A DNA stretch of 46,024 nt. Source: Tubiluchus corallicola. Its lineage: Eukaryota > Animalia > Priapulida. The stretch is from contig JAQGDQ010001343.1 in assembly GCA_030141605.1 (NCBI GenBank), forward strand, positions 1 through 46,024, in the 5' to 3' direction. How positions within the stretch are numbered: the stretch's first letter is position 1; each line of letters starts with the position of its first letter. The position numbers were made by a program, and so were the translations under genes. Below, piece by piece: positions 24,260 through 37,247 of the stretch. A model generated the notes under the pieces. The model ran no database searches. It saw only the letters and a program-made list of their open reading frames with translations, and was not told where the DNA came from.

Positions 24260-25167
24260 CAATTCTGATTCACTCAGCAGAATTTCGCATTTCTAAGTGT
24301 CAAGGATTTTTGTTTGTTAAATTTAATATATCCTTTTTCAAGTGGCGACATCTGGCTTCAATATTTGCATCCTAGTCAATTTTTGGGTCATTCAAGTTTT
24401 AATGTGTTCATGCGATGTCGTGTTTCTGTGTAACTCACGATTTAATGTCAACGATGTATGTAAATTTTATTTAGTTATTTACTGTAAGTCTCTCATTAAT
24501 CTCACTTAAACGGGATCGATCTTTTGATAAGAAATGAATTAGTTTATTGAAGGAATTTATATATCTTGTTTCAGATAAAATGTATTATTTTGGGCAATGG
24601 CGTCTCAGAGTCAGATATGAAGTAAATGACTAAGGGGCACGTGATGTGAAGATAGTATGCAAACAATAAACAGTTATGCTAAGCAAAAAATGATGACTTT
24701 GTTTGTCACCGTAAAGCCCAAACACTAAGGTTACAATTCATTTCAGAAATGCACAAGACTACACTATCCAACCAACATTGTAACTATTCTGGATTTACAT
24801 TCGTATTTTTGTAATACAATGTCATAACTCTAAGAAGGCAACTGCAAATTTAAATGACTAAAGCTAGAAGGTAATTTAGTTTAAGTGTAAATGTAATTTA
24901 GTGTAGTGTAATTTGTGTGCCGTAGTGAAGTGAAGAGTAGTGCAATTAAGTGCAGTGTGCATAATTTGTCTGCATAATTTGTAGGTAAAGTAGATTTAGA
25001 TGTACTATAATTAGCATCTGTAGTTTGTATAATGCATACTAGATACATGAGATTTTGTTAGTAATGGATGGATAGCAGATCTATATTAAAGGCCTCCGAC
25101 TTCATTTTACCGACAGACACGGTTATTTTAAAACATAGGCAGTTAGGTTGTACTGAAAAAAATTATT

Positions 25168-25560
25168 GGTTTTGTTGACCTGATGCGTCAAAAGAAGACA
25201 AGCTACGAAACAGACAGAAAATTACACATAAAATATTACCTTCGATTATTCTTTGATCTATTTGATATTGCAATAAACAATGCATGCATTGTGTAAAGAG
25301 ATCTACTAGCAGAAGCCAATCCAGCAAAAGACAAAAGTATAAGACCACTAGACTTCAAAAGAATTTTAACTAGGGAGCTTATTGGTAACTGTCACAAAGA
25401 ACATGACAATTAAAAACCTGAAAATAAGATGGTACAAGCTGAGCAAAGGAAGAGATGTGTACAGTGTGCCAAAGACAAAGTGGAAAACCGTACAGTCAAC
25501 ATGTGCAATGTTTGTAAACTATATCATTGCTTTGGTAGTTATTTTACAGAAGAAACGCTG
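25168..25560 (+). mobile_element. piggyBac-like (PGBD4-type) transposase C-terminal remnant
   Basis: GFVDLMRQKKTSYETDRK..KYYLRLFFDLFDIAINNACIV*...LDFKRIL...LIG, then Cys-rich RKRCVQCAKDKVENRTVNMCNVCKLYHC. Stops are present. Confidence 0.75.
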
Positions 25561-26404
25561 TGCCTAAATAAATAGATTTCTTCAATTAGCATTTGCTTAG
25601 TACAAACTAAGTATTGTTGTAACTTTACCCTTGAGGACACATAAAGTCCCAGGTTGTAATTATAAATTACTAAGGTGCACAACACCACAAGGCTCAAGGA
25701 AGAAGAAGACAGAGTTGGTATTAGACTAAATAGAGTTACATAGCGTAACAAACTAACCTTCTACTATATTATTTAAATAAATTTGTAGTAAGTTTCAAGT
25801 TTTCACACATGTTATTTATAGGTTTGATTTCTAAAATATCCAGTAATTTAACAAGCCAAGAATACATATTCCACATCTTGTATATACCTTTCACATATAC
25901 AAAGCATACGTTATATGGAATTCAACCTCAGCTATCAGTTTCTACTTTTACACCGTATATTCAATCTCATACGTGAAGCTGCTACCTACAATACTCAAAC
26001 GAGCAAAGATTTGCGACATACAAAGCATCGATAAATAATAATTTTTGATACGTTTTTGAGATACTATTACCTACGCGTTTAGTCAGATCCCAGTGATATT
26101 TATTTTGTCCTTTGATCTTACTAATAACTATTTGCCTGGCATTTTTGCTTTAACACCTTCACGGCGAATCGATTCAGGGTACGCATCTGGCATTTGTTCA
26201 TTTTATACGACTGGTAGATTTAAATGTACCAGTACTGTTTAATTGAAAACACCGTCGTGCAACCAAATTTCAGTTTTTGTGTATTTTGTGATGATGATGT
26301 GATGTTTTATATGATGTACAGCTAATCCTTTTACCTCTAAGGAGCAATATATCCCAACTATGGGTCAATCCCTACTACTAAACTAAATCAACAATGAATC
26401 GCAA

Positions 26405-26960
26405 AAAAATAATTTTATGCATGTCAACGTTTGCAGCCTAATGACCAACAGGGTATCGTCTAAACTAGACGAAATAAGTAGTTTAGCTTTAAAAAATAAG
26501 TGTGATTTTATGTTTCACGAAGATAACGACCTCGTATTTAATAGGCAACAGCCCATCATGCTTCCCGGTGGTGGCTTTGCTATGTGCAACAGTTTTCAAC
26601 AGATGTCGACATCAGATGTACGAGCCTAATAACAATGAAATACTAATAAAATTCACGTGTGTGTAGCCCACCGTTCCCAATAAAAACAAACACAGTTATC
26701 ACAATATTATCGACTCACTACCACCGCTTTCAAACAAGTAAGTATTTATTTTTATTGGTCATTTTAACCGTAAATGTAGCCACTGCTTCAACAGTGAAAA
26801 AATGCTTCTTGTAACAAAACTTTATCATTTGTATAACACCATATTCATAAACGTTACTTGACTTAGTAATTACTGATACCCTGGAATTATTTGCTGAAAT
26901 GCTAAACTTCAACTCGTATTTATTGTGACCACTGCCCTTTTTCTGCAAATTGCAATTGAA
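26405..26960 (+). mobile_element. LINE (CR1/L2-like) APE endonuclease remnant
   Basis: FMHVNVCSL...KLDEI, GGGFAM, IGHFN (GDFN), LLDLVITD and CDHCP appear in the correct order across shifting frames. Confidence 0.65.
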
Positions 26961-27539
26961 AGTGATCTTAATGTGAATGTACAAATTCGCCCAACCTAGG
27001 AACAAATGATCTGCAACTATATCTTGCTACTGTTTTTTGCAAAGAGAAGCTAATTGTGAGAGTATATTGTTTGCCAAATTTATGCCAAATTTTCAATAAC
27101 TTCCTATGTAAACCTGACTAGACACAATAATACAGTTACGAAACAATATTTAGGTTAAACTGCAAAATATTGAGTTAATTGGTGTTACTACAGTAGTTAA
27201 AGAAAGAAATTAACATTTCCTTGGCATTTGTTTAGCTTACACTGTATAACCAAGACTTGTAGGAAACTGGTACTTATGGTTTACGTTCTAACTACCCAAG
27301 ACAAAAGTACGCAAAGCAACCTCTTGTCGGCCAACCCCCCACCCCGACAAATATCAGCAAACTTGTGGAATAATCGGCACCTCCCAGGTCATACCTGTCT
27401 TGACCGTGAAGCCAAAATTTGGTCCAAAAATTGAACTGTAGCAATAGGCGGAGCCACCAGTTTATGACGTTTACCTAGTTCGGTTAATTAGTTGTTAATA
27501 ACATTTTCAATACTAATAGTTCTTTCAAGCGCTGCTTAA

Positions 27540-27600
27540 TTGTGATATTACAGTTAAATGGCTATTTGGTTTATCTGCTAAATAAGATCGTTACAACTCC
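27540..27600 (+). repeat. Short dispersed repeat, copy 2 (partner 5801-5861)
   Basis: See 5801-5861. Confidence 0.7.
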
Positions 27601-27734
27601 CCTTTTGCTTTACATTTTGAATTTTAAAATGTGCTGAATTCACCTTGCATGCCTTCACTAAATTGGTGGCTAAAAGTTGCAACAGTTTTTTGTAAAATTT
27701 CCACTGAGCTATTAGATCGTTGTACTGCATCTCC

Positions 27735-28050
27735 TTTTGCTCTGTCAGCGTTCAACTCAGAAAACCGGCTAAAATTGCTCTATCAGCGTTTCAACTGAGA
27801 CAGAACAGGATACGTTTTGTCATTCTGCACAGTCAGCGTTTTTACGTAATTGTCAGAGGAGGATACATTTTATCATTTTGCTCCGTCAGCTTTTTACGCT
27901 ATTGACAGACCGGAATAGGTTTTGTCATTTTGCTTCTTCAGCATTTTCACGTAATTGATAGATCAGCACAAGTTTTATCATTTTTCCCTGTTAGCACTTT
28001 TTTCTTATTAAATAGGACAAGTTTTATCATTTTGCTTCTTTAGCATTTTT
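27735..28050. repeat. Degenerate ~52-bp tandem repeat, about 6 units
   Basis: TTTTRTCATTTTGCTYYGTCAGC...TTACGTAATTG recurs near 27815, 27868, 27920, 27973 and 28022. Confidence 0.75.
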
Positions 28051-28699
28051 TTAAAACATGTCTACAACTGACACACAGAGTTTATTCAAAACGACTGAAT
28101 TTTTACGACTGAAAGATCTTGAAATCTATTAGCTAAAGGCGTTGATAGCGCAAATCTCAGAGCAACCCAACATGAATCCTTGGTACGCTAAAAACCTTCT
28201 TCTTTCAAAACAAGCTTTGACAAAAATGTGTTTAATGGTAAATACTAGGGATTGTCAATTTATCAAAATATTACTGTCAGTTGGAATAACACAAAAATTT
28301 AACAGGCTTTTTTCTCTCAAGAAAGTGCCATATTTTTATTCTGTGTTCGACTTACTGATGGAAATTTGGCATAAATACACAACCGCAGCATTCTTTGTTC
28401 TATGCTACGGTTCTATGCTAATATTCAATTATTCTATTTTGTTGTTCTTGTTGTTGTGTTAGAAGTAGTGCTGATATTGGAGCTTAATTTGCTGTTGCAT
28501 TAATTTTGATTGTTGACTATTTTCATGTTCTGTGTGGCTAAATGTAGATGTTGCTTTTTATTTTTATTATTTGAGACTATGTAGAAACCCCTCCACTTTT
28601 TTGAGCACGGCAAAATAAAGGAAATCAAGCTGCACCAGATTTTTCATCATTTTTTTAGGTTAAGGGTTACAACATGCAGACTTCCAACATGAATAGATG

Positions 28700-31075
28700 A
28701 TGTCAGCATCAGCGAAAAGGACAAGCAGAACGGATGCAAAGTCAGCCTTGACGAGGTTACTGAAGAGGAATATACAAGTGAAGAAGACAGAATACAAGTC
28801 ACATTGAATTCATAAATGCATGCAAGCAAGAACAGCAGCATATGCATGAAGACAAGGTCTTGAATACATTGAGCAAGAGTATTCAAGAGCAGACAATGCA
28901 TTTGCGGCAGTTAAGAACTACAAGCGGGGAATCAGAGGAGCTGAACAACTCAAGAAAGAGATTAGTGATGAAACTAAAGCAAGAAAGGAAAATATGGAAG
29001 AGGAAAAAACATCAGGCAGCAAAAGATAGATTTTTGTACACCGTTTATTGGAAGGGTATATTGAAAATCAGGAAAATCAGGCTTGAGAGCAGAGATACAT
29101 CTACTCAGGTTTTGGAGAGTTGTCAGTAAGAAGTTCAGACTCTGATGGACAATTTAAGGTTATCATTCGCCAAATAACATCGAGACAATGGTTATAGAGA
29201 TAAACAACAATGCAATGAACTATATTGGTTCTCAGTCACTGAAAGACAATCGTGTATCTGACACAGCAAGCAACACAGGTAATGAGCAAGCATCGTGTAG
29301 AGCAAAATTAGAGGCTATACCTATTCCCGGTTTTAAATTGGGATTGCATACTGAATTGGGAAAGTCCAAAATATATTATTGTTAATCAAAAGCGAGATGG
29401 AATAAATAAAGAATGTGCTTGTTATATCTGCTTTGGGAATAATGTGGCAGTGGTGTGCAAGGGCTCAGCAAAGTGCAAGTTGTATCAGGATGGAGGTCAC
29501 CATAAAATGCTCTGCTCCAAAGAGATGCAAATTATGTTTCAATTTACTGAAGCGGTTGATTCAACAATTATTTCAAATTGTTGGGATGCTAAAAAGGTCA
29601 CATCGTCTACAGTTATTGGCAGTACTGATACTGATTTAACAAGTATTCAACAACATCATACATCACATAATGGAGAATCAAGGTCCAAGACGTGACAGCA
29701 AAATCAATTCTTTCTTTGCTTCAGGAATTTCTGGGATGTTCATAACACATGAATGTGCAGAGCAGAATAAGTTCACTGGAAAATGTGTAGTAGTTGATAT
29801 TGAAACATAAGGGACGTATGGAAGCTTTGGAAACTTAGGAGTATAAAGGTTAAAGATTACCATAGTCATGCATTTTTGGCACTCAGATTGGATTCAATAA
29901 CTGAAAGCATTTCTCCGGTTGACATGACAGTGGTGAAGCACATATTTCCAGTGATTTCAGCTGGGGACCTTAAGCATCCAAATTCTACAGTGGAGCTTTT
30001 ACTTGGTAATTTTAAAGCTTGCAGGCACCAGTGAAATTTTTTTTAAATATATTCGGTAGGTGTTTGGGTGAATTTCATTCAGAGCTATTTGACATTACCA
30101 GAAAGGCAGATGGATGCTGGAAAGAAGTTATTTTTCATGCAAAGGTCTCTAATTTTAGTACTGGAATTTTGAGTCATCCACAGTTCGGGAATGCTTAGTC
30201 AGAAAGCAGCTGGATGATTCTATGTCATCATTTCAGTTGATGCAGAAGATAACCGTGACACCTTTACAACTGAAGCACTCGGAACTCAGATTGTGTCAAA
30301 ATGTGGGGCATGTCGGTGTGTTAATACTCCATACCTGGGCATACCTACAGTCTCATTAAAGAGAGGAAAGAGAGCGAGCTGCACTTGATCCCTGAAGGAT
30401 TTTGCTATGATCTGGATCACCAAGTCTGGATTTCGAAGTATCCTTGGGTAGTGAACAGATCACAGACGCGTAATAAATATCAACCAGCTCTGTCAGCTTT
30501 ACAGTCATGTGAGTCATGTCTAGCAAGAAATGCGGAATGGGGTGCTGTGTATTCAGGTCAGATACAAAACATGGTCGATCGAATTGATGTATGCAAGACT
30601 AGTCAAGCCGAGATTGATAACTGGAAAGGGCCAGTTTTCTGTTTATGCCACTTAGCTGCACTTAACCCTAAGAGCCAGTCAACACCCGTGCGAATTTTTT
30701 TCAACAGCAGTAGAAAAGCCAAGGGTAACATTTCACTAAATTCGTGTTTGGCTAAAGGACAAGACAATTATCTTAATAATGCGCTTGGAGTGTTTTGCAG
30801 GTTTCAAGAGCACCCTTTGCCATTCAAGATGACATTTGTAAGATGTACAACTCAGTTGAAATGGATGTCAATGAACAGATTTCTTTGGCGGGATTGTGAT
30901 GAAAATAGACGCCAGATGTTTACATCATTACACTGATATCCACACTGAGGTCGCCACTGAAGGATTTTATATGTCTGCTGAAATGTTCCAAAGCTCACAT
31001 CAACAGGCAACAAAGGTCATAAAAGAGTCAATGTATGTTGATGATATTTTAGAATCTTGTGAAGGAAATGGAATA
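28700..31075 (+). mobile_element. Degenerate BEL/Pao gag-pol remnant
   Basis: Knuckle-like CKGSAKC...HHKMLC; EALG...KCGACRC...ESELHLI; W.SKYPW...STPVRIFFNSS...SLNSCLAKG..YLNN; MYVDDI at 31031-31048. Many frameshifts; the left boundary is approximate. Confidence 0.8.
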
Positions 31076-33113
31076 TTTTTTGGAAAAAGGGATTTGTTGT
31101 CGTTTATTTTTTTATTATTATTATCACATTCAGTACAATATAAAGCACACAGTGACATCAAAATTATTACATTTACTGTATTAAATTGTTATGTTTCATA
31201 CACTCGTTACCATAAAACAATAATTGTACTGCAGTGGGCTAGAGAAGCAAAGGCTTGTATAAGCCAACTGTCGTGTGAACCTGATAAAAATGGATGAGTG
31301 AACAAAAAAGGATCTGGGAGAAAGGTTAGATCACACAGGAAGGGTAGAAAGATGGTAGGGTAGATCAGACAGAAAGGGTAGAAGAATAAAAAAACTGCCT
31401 TCGCTTATTAATATAAGTGAATTCCCGTAAGGGCCGCAGCCTGTAAAATTCTTCACAGTAGTTAATTGTGGTTGCTAAATGACATTCGTAGTAAATATGG
31501 TGCTTGGAGATGGTGCAAACATTAATAAAGCTTTCTGCGTCAGCCAAAGGCAAAGCATCTTTTTGAAATATGTTGATGGAAGAGTGACTGTTGGTGTTGT
31601 TATTATTCCCGATTCCTCAATTATTATAGCATTTATATACATTTTATAGCATGTACAAATTTCCACGGTATCTTTTGATCACTAGCCTGTGCATATCTGT
31701 TTTTACCTTTGTAAGTCAAGTTCAACTAATTCCTATATTGATATATCATAGCTCTTTATTTGGATCAGTTTTAATAACAATCAATAAAATTATTACGCTA
31801 AAATTAAGTACTGCTAATACGATAATGATATACATTTTAAATGTATTAACCAATACTAGTTAAGACATTAATTATTATTATAACTGTTAACTCTGTTAAT
31901 TATTTCTGACTTACAACAAAATTTGATTCTTCAAACTGATACGGCATATCTAATAGTAGGATCTAAAGGGTTCCATTATTAGGGCCCTGTATATGTAATA
32001 GAATGTTTAGACTGATTTGTTCTACAGCAGGTAAAATAAATTAGTTTGGCATCATAAGCTTTCATAATTGGAATATAATATCTAATGTTTTTTTCTGATT
32101 TTGGAAGAAGTTTGGATTCAAGTTGTTATTGATTTTATGCATTTAGGTTGATATATGCAAATCTACTCTGTCATCTAATAGTAACTGTTTGTTTATTGTA
32201 AAATACAGATTGTTGATGTGAGTACATTTAATTAAGTAATAAATTGGTCTAACAGTTTGGGGTGCAATGTTCTTATAGAATTTAATTTTGCTTTACATAT
32301 ACCTTCCGACAGAGTAGAACAATAGCATAAATATGGTGGATTTACGCTAATATACAATGAGATCATATGTTAAAAGTCACAAATTTTTTTACAAACATTT
32401 ATTTTTAATTTCTAGCGCCATTACTATACATATCTAGTGCTATTGCCAGTCCAAAATTTATTAATTGTTGCAACCAAAACCTTCATCTATGTTACCTGTC
32501 TTGTTGGCATTTGATTTTTATAACTGTGTATTTTTAGGAAATTTGCGAATTTTTACAACGCGCTCTAAATGTTATTTATTTATATATTTGTAGATTGTTT
32601 CACTTTTAAGCTATGTAGATTTTGTTTGCAACTCACTATTAAGTGTGATTATATTTTATTCCAGTGCGTTAGTGGATTAGACAATCAATTTGTGTCGCCT
32701 GCAAACTGAAACATGTTACATTGGTTTAGATGGCTTTAAATGATTAATGTAATTTTTTAAATCAAATTGTAAATTTAATGTAAATTAAAAAATAAAACTT
32801 AGCCCAGAACTGCGCTTTATGTGGGAAATGTGAAATGCACCGAGTTCTCTTTTTGCAATCACATTTGATGAACTTTACTAAACCTAACGCTATCACAAGC
32901 TCTGCCACGAGTTTTGCAGAGAATCACCTTTCGGAAAGCAGCTAGCAGCAAAGTTTGCTGTTTAGTCTGAACACTCTCGCAAGTTACTAAGTTACTGGGC
33001 GAGTTATTTGCATACGACATACTAGCAGCGCGTTCAAGTCTAGTGAGTTAGCTCGTTGGCTAAAAATCTTGAATTGAAGCAATCTTTAGTACCATAGTTT
33101 TTGGCCTGTTTTA

Positions 33114-34555
33114 TTATATTTCCCTGAAACTGAAAACAATTTCAGATAACACCAACTGTGATCCTATTGCATTTGACATTGAATTCTTACACTGAATTAG
33201 CCTCCTTCTGTCGAGTTTGTGATCACACACTTTTTTGTGATACTTATGCACAAGCCCTACATCTGGGGCTCGAAATACGGTTAAATTACTTTTAACAACT
33301 TTTTCAAAAAAGTCGACGTCCTCCTCTCCCCATCCTTGAATTGTGAGGTTAAAACCACCGACAGTTTCATACTCACTTTTATACAAACACGCCATACCAA
33401 ATCCATAGTCGTTCCAGAATCCTTCTTTATCCAAGAATCCTTCTCGTATAATATTTTTAGGCTGAAGTTTAAATTCCTTAAAAACAATTGGAAAATACAC
33501 TTGTTGATACTGCACAGCGGATAAACGTGCTCTTGTAAGAAACATATTGCTAAAATCCATGTCTACATCCACAAAAAACAATAAATCATTATCTTCAAAA
33601 TGCTTTGTAGCAATGTCAAAAGCCAGTCCACGTGAAAATTTCAAATTTGAAGTGATAATCATAACACTAAAATCTGGGTAAGCTTGTTGGAGCTTGGCAA
33701 CCAAATCAAAAATTTTTTTCTGCTGATATGCAGAGTTATCACGAAAATGTACAATAGTCAAAGTTGCCGACTCTTGCTTCTCTAAGCATATGACTGTAAA
33801 GATCTTCAGGAACTTTTGAAAAGTGTGATATCTTTCATAAAGAGGAAGAATAAAGTTTACTGTCTTTGTGGACGTTCTTTGCAGATCCCCAGTTTTATGG
33901 GCGTGGTTTTGAACAATTTCACTGTCCTCTGTGTATTCCAGAATAGAAAATAAGTGGCTTACATGGAAATATCTAGAAACGGTGACAAATTCTTTGCCAT
34001 ATATCACACGCATATTGTAGAAAATACCTTTTTTTGGATTAAGCTGTTTACACAAAAGGAAAAACGCTATCATATTCCTTTGTGTTTCTAACAGCCGCTT
34101 GTAAATCACACAGCATAGTCGTTGTTTTTGGCAATTTTTGACATATCGTCGGCATTGCTCATGTAATGGTTTGTTTTGGACATAGCACACAACAGTTTTT
34201 CTGCAGTCCCATGGAGAAATATTGGAAAGTTCTGAAAAGCTAACAAGAGGTACATCAGTTCCATTCTGACTGTATGATTTAGAATGAAGCGAAGAAACGT
34301 TGGCTTCTTCTGCGTCACGTGACTCACAAATTAGTTGCCTGCTCTTGTGGAATAATTCTTTTACTTTCAACTCGTTTATTTGCACATGGCTCTGGTATAA
34401 ATGCTGTTCTGGCTCCAACCTCGAACGTCTTCTATGCTTAAGAAATATTTCTTTTTTGTCTGCTATGATGTGACGGTATATGTAGGGAAAGTTGTTCTTC
34501 AATGACGCCTGCAGCATCGTATCTTCATATAGCTGAAACAAATATCGATTCAGCT
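33114..34555 (-). CDS. Chondroitin synthase (CHSY/CSGalNAcT family)-like glycosyltransferase, large last exon with GalNAc-transferase domain
   Basis: NFILPL..R, FSRGLA, LLFFVDVD (DxD), QVYFPIVF, GFWNDYGFGMACLYK, VGGFNLTIQGWGEEDVDFF and VFRAPDVGLVH.YH..C. Phase-1 acceptor TTTTTCATTACAG| at 34556/34555. Confidence 0.92.
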
Positions 34556-34584
34556 CTGTAATGAAAAAGGACTAATTTATCTGT

Positions 34585-34615
<31 letters not shown>

Positions 34616-34624
34616 GTGTGTGTG
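34585..34624. repeat. (TG)n microsatellite, intronic
   Basis: Directly visible. Confidence 0.95.
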
Positions 34625-34967
34625 CAGCGAATAAACAGGTTTATCACTGCCAGTTACCGGTCTGTGGTAGTCTGCTTCTTAAATGCTGCAATGTACTACA
34701 CATTTGCAAATTTATTTAGGCCCTCTGAAGGCTTAAATTTTAAAGCCATGAAACATGGTTCAAATGCTCGATTCTGGGCCTAGAACAAAAGTCACCCTTG
34801 GCTGCACAAAATAACACAGTAGTCTTTCTGAGTACTTGACTGACAAAAACTTGTTTTCCTCCCCCAACGATATAATTATATTAGTTGTGAAGTTAGAAAC
34901 TTATTTTTTTCCCGAAATTAAGTTATGTGTAAAACTAGATAAAATATATTTGTGATAAAACGTATAC

Positions 34968-35117
34968 CTACATAAGAGAACTCTTGTGTCTGAGAAGGCA
35001 GTGCAGAACCAAAAGTTAGCAAACAGCGTTCCAAACTTGACCGACAAAACAAAAGAAAGGTGTAACTCATAATCAAGCCAGGTTGTATTATACAGCAGAT
35101 GCTTTCTTGTAGATCAC
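34968..35117 (-). CDS. Preceding 150-nt exon of the CHSY-like gene
   Basis: AG|...|GT boundaries are both phase 1 and join in frame to 34555. CCIIQPGLIMSYTFL...LERCL resembles CHSY1 FCMGGPGVIMSREVL...IGKCL (recalled from memory). Confidence 0.65.
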
Positions 35118-36054
35118 CTATCACCAGTAAAAAAAGAAAATAACATTTACTTTCTTTCTAATGTTAAGATCGCACCATATACAGTTTTAGAGAACATTGC
35201 TTACACAGCAACATTTTCTCCTACTGTGCCGAGATATTACGGTGGACTGATGCGCATACGCTGGGCTCACTTTTAAAATTGTGTACCTTTACGAATGCCT
35301 GTGCCATGCAAATTTTGCGAAAAATTGTGATACTTGTCTAATTGCAACACAAACTACCTTCAAGCTGCTTTATCAACAACAGTAAATATAGGTCTACTAT
35401 AACCGCAGGGAGTTTGACTGCAAGTTATTCGTTTTAGTTACGTGTTATCTTTTGGTTTGGACTGGGGCTTAGATATCTTTTTCTTTTTCTACTCGCAGCT
35501 ATGGTAAGCTAGCGGGCAAGAATTGCCAAATTTGATGCTTAACTAGGCCTTGTTTCAGTTAACCAAATGCTTCGTTTTCTGACAATTTTCGTTTTAAGCT
35601 GGACCAGTTTTATAGAGCACTTATCTTTATAAAATTTGCCAGAGTTTCAACTATTTTCACAAAATTTTGGACATAGCAATGAAAATAATATACGGGTCCA
35701 TAAATAACACAATTTCTACGTCACAGGAGCAATATTCGAAAACACACCTCGGTTGCATCATTGCCGCTTTGGCACAATCTTTGTTATCCACAGGCAAACA
35801 GGTGTAGATGTCAAATATATAACTGGTTATTCAGCACAAAGCATTCTTTATGCATAGTTTAATATGCACTAAATCCATAACACGAAGCTTATGTAAGAGT
35901 CCACTGGTCACTAAACTATTTGTAACATCAAGCTTTTAACCAACAAGGTTGGATTTGACAACTGACCAATGCGATGTTCTTGGTACAACAATTTCTGCCT
36001 TTGTCAAATCTATTGTACTGTCCATTACATAAGGTAATGTTACTGAAAAACTAT

Positions 36055-37247
36055 TGTCGTGAACAAATTTATGAATCGGTAATTTGGTGACAAATTAATG
36101 GAATTATCAACTGAATTAGATTCAGTTGATAGACTGGATACCTCCCTGATTTGATAAGATAAATTTATTGATTGATAATAAGAACTCACCCAGCTGGTAA
36201 GGCACGGGATTTAATGCGAAGCAAAATTATTCCACAGGTGTGTTTTTTCGTTTACTGAAGGTAAACAGGTGTCTATTAAGTGAGGACGCAATCTTGCTTT
36301 ATAGCCTTATGCAATCGTTCTTTATAGCCTTATGCAGAGTTGCACTCAATTAACAAGAAAGTTGCAATAGGCAAATTTCTTTGGAAGAGAAGTTTTATGG
36401 CTGACGCCAAACTTGTGCGAAGACATCAAGAGAAGAAATTCTGAAGACAGACCTGGTGTGTAGGACCTTTTCCCACGTAGCGGAGGAATTCTTAAGCCAC
36501 CTGGTTGATCGTAAACTTCTTGGCAGGGGATACCAGGGTTAAGCCAGGGATGTCACATTTCACCTTGTGGGTGCGAATTACGCAAGACCAGGATCTTGGT
36601 GATAAAAATTCGGAGTTGGGAACACGAGGTGTTAGTTGGGCAGGAGTCAGTGAGCGGACATCGTCAGAATCAGGAGCCGGAGAGAGTCGACACAGAGAAT
36701 CTGACAGAGTGTGAAGACATCGTTTGATACCAGCATGGAACAGTTCTACGTCCTCAGTAGATCGACTGAGCATTGGATCGGCGAATAGTCTCAGAAAATC
36801 ATTGGAGTTGACCAAGTGTACGAGAGTTGCATTGTGGTCATTCCACCGACTTAAGTAATCTTAACGCATTTGTAACTGAGAGTAACTCTGCATAACGGTA
36901 GTTCACATTGTATTAAGCACCTTAAATGCAGCATACTGAATAAGTGTTAAGTGAATTGCTTGAGTATCTTTTTGGAGCTATACATTAGTTGTGAACGCCT
37001 ACAAGCGTGTAAGGACAAATCTTGTACAGCTACCTAGATAGAAGTAAATTTGTAAACCAACAAAGCTGATTCACTTTGACGTAACTTATTAGTTCATGTA
37101 TGCTTTGAAGTGTTTGAAGTTAAGCAAAACTAAATCCGATATACGATCCTGTAGATTCGCATTGCATTAATTATTAATTAATTTTATAAAGCTCAATTGC
37201 GGGAGCAAGGCTAGATAGCTTTAGGGTCAAAGACTTTACTCACAACG
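36055..37247 (+). mobile_element. Solo-type LTR of the same Gypsy family
   Basis: Starts TGTCGTGAACAAATTT and follows the 14804 LTR colinearly (GATAAATTTATT, GAACTCAC..AGCTGGTAA, CTACGTCCTCA, GGTCATTCCACC, AACTCTGCATA, AGTTAAGCAA). The right end is approximate; no TSD, PBS or PPT was found. Confidence 0.8.

Noticed and set aside
24059-24262. Poly-Tyr/His ORF
   Set aside because: It is a translation of the (AAT)n/(ATG)n microsatellite.
31600-32460. Possible decayed LINE reverse transcriptase (GSI-LGP-like bit near 31970)
   Set aside because: Only one or two weak motifs; cannot be supported without a profile search.
3874-35117. Bacterial origin or horizontal transfer of the three glyco-genes as an operon
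   Set aside because: The genes have GT-AG splice signals, are on mixed strands more than 12 kb apart, show animal-type family motifs, and the fucosyltransferase has a type II Golgi anchor.
35830-36045. Possible Penelope-like remnant on the minus strand (VTLPYV...LV..K...SGLL)
   Set aside because: Similarity is too weak, and no GIY-YIG motif is visible.
36055-37247. This LTR as the 3' LTR of the minus-strand element or the partner of element 1
   Set aside because: It is in the wrong orientation for element 2, is too diverged from both other LTRs, and has no adjacent PPT or PBS.
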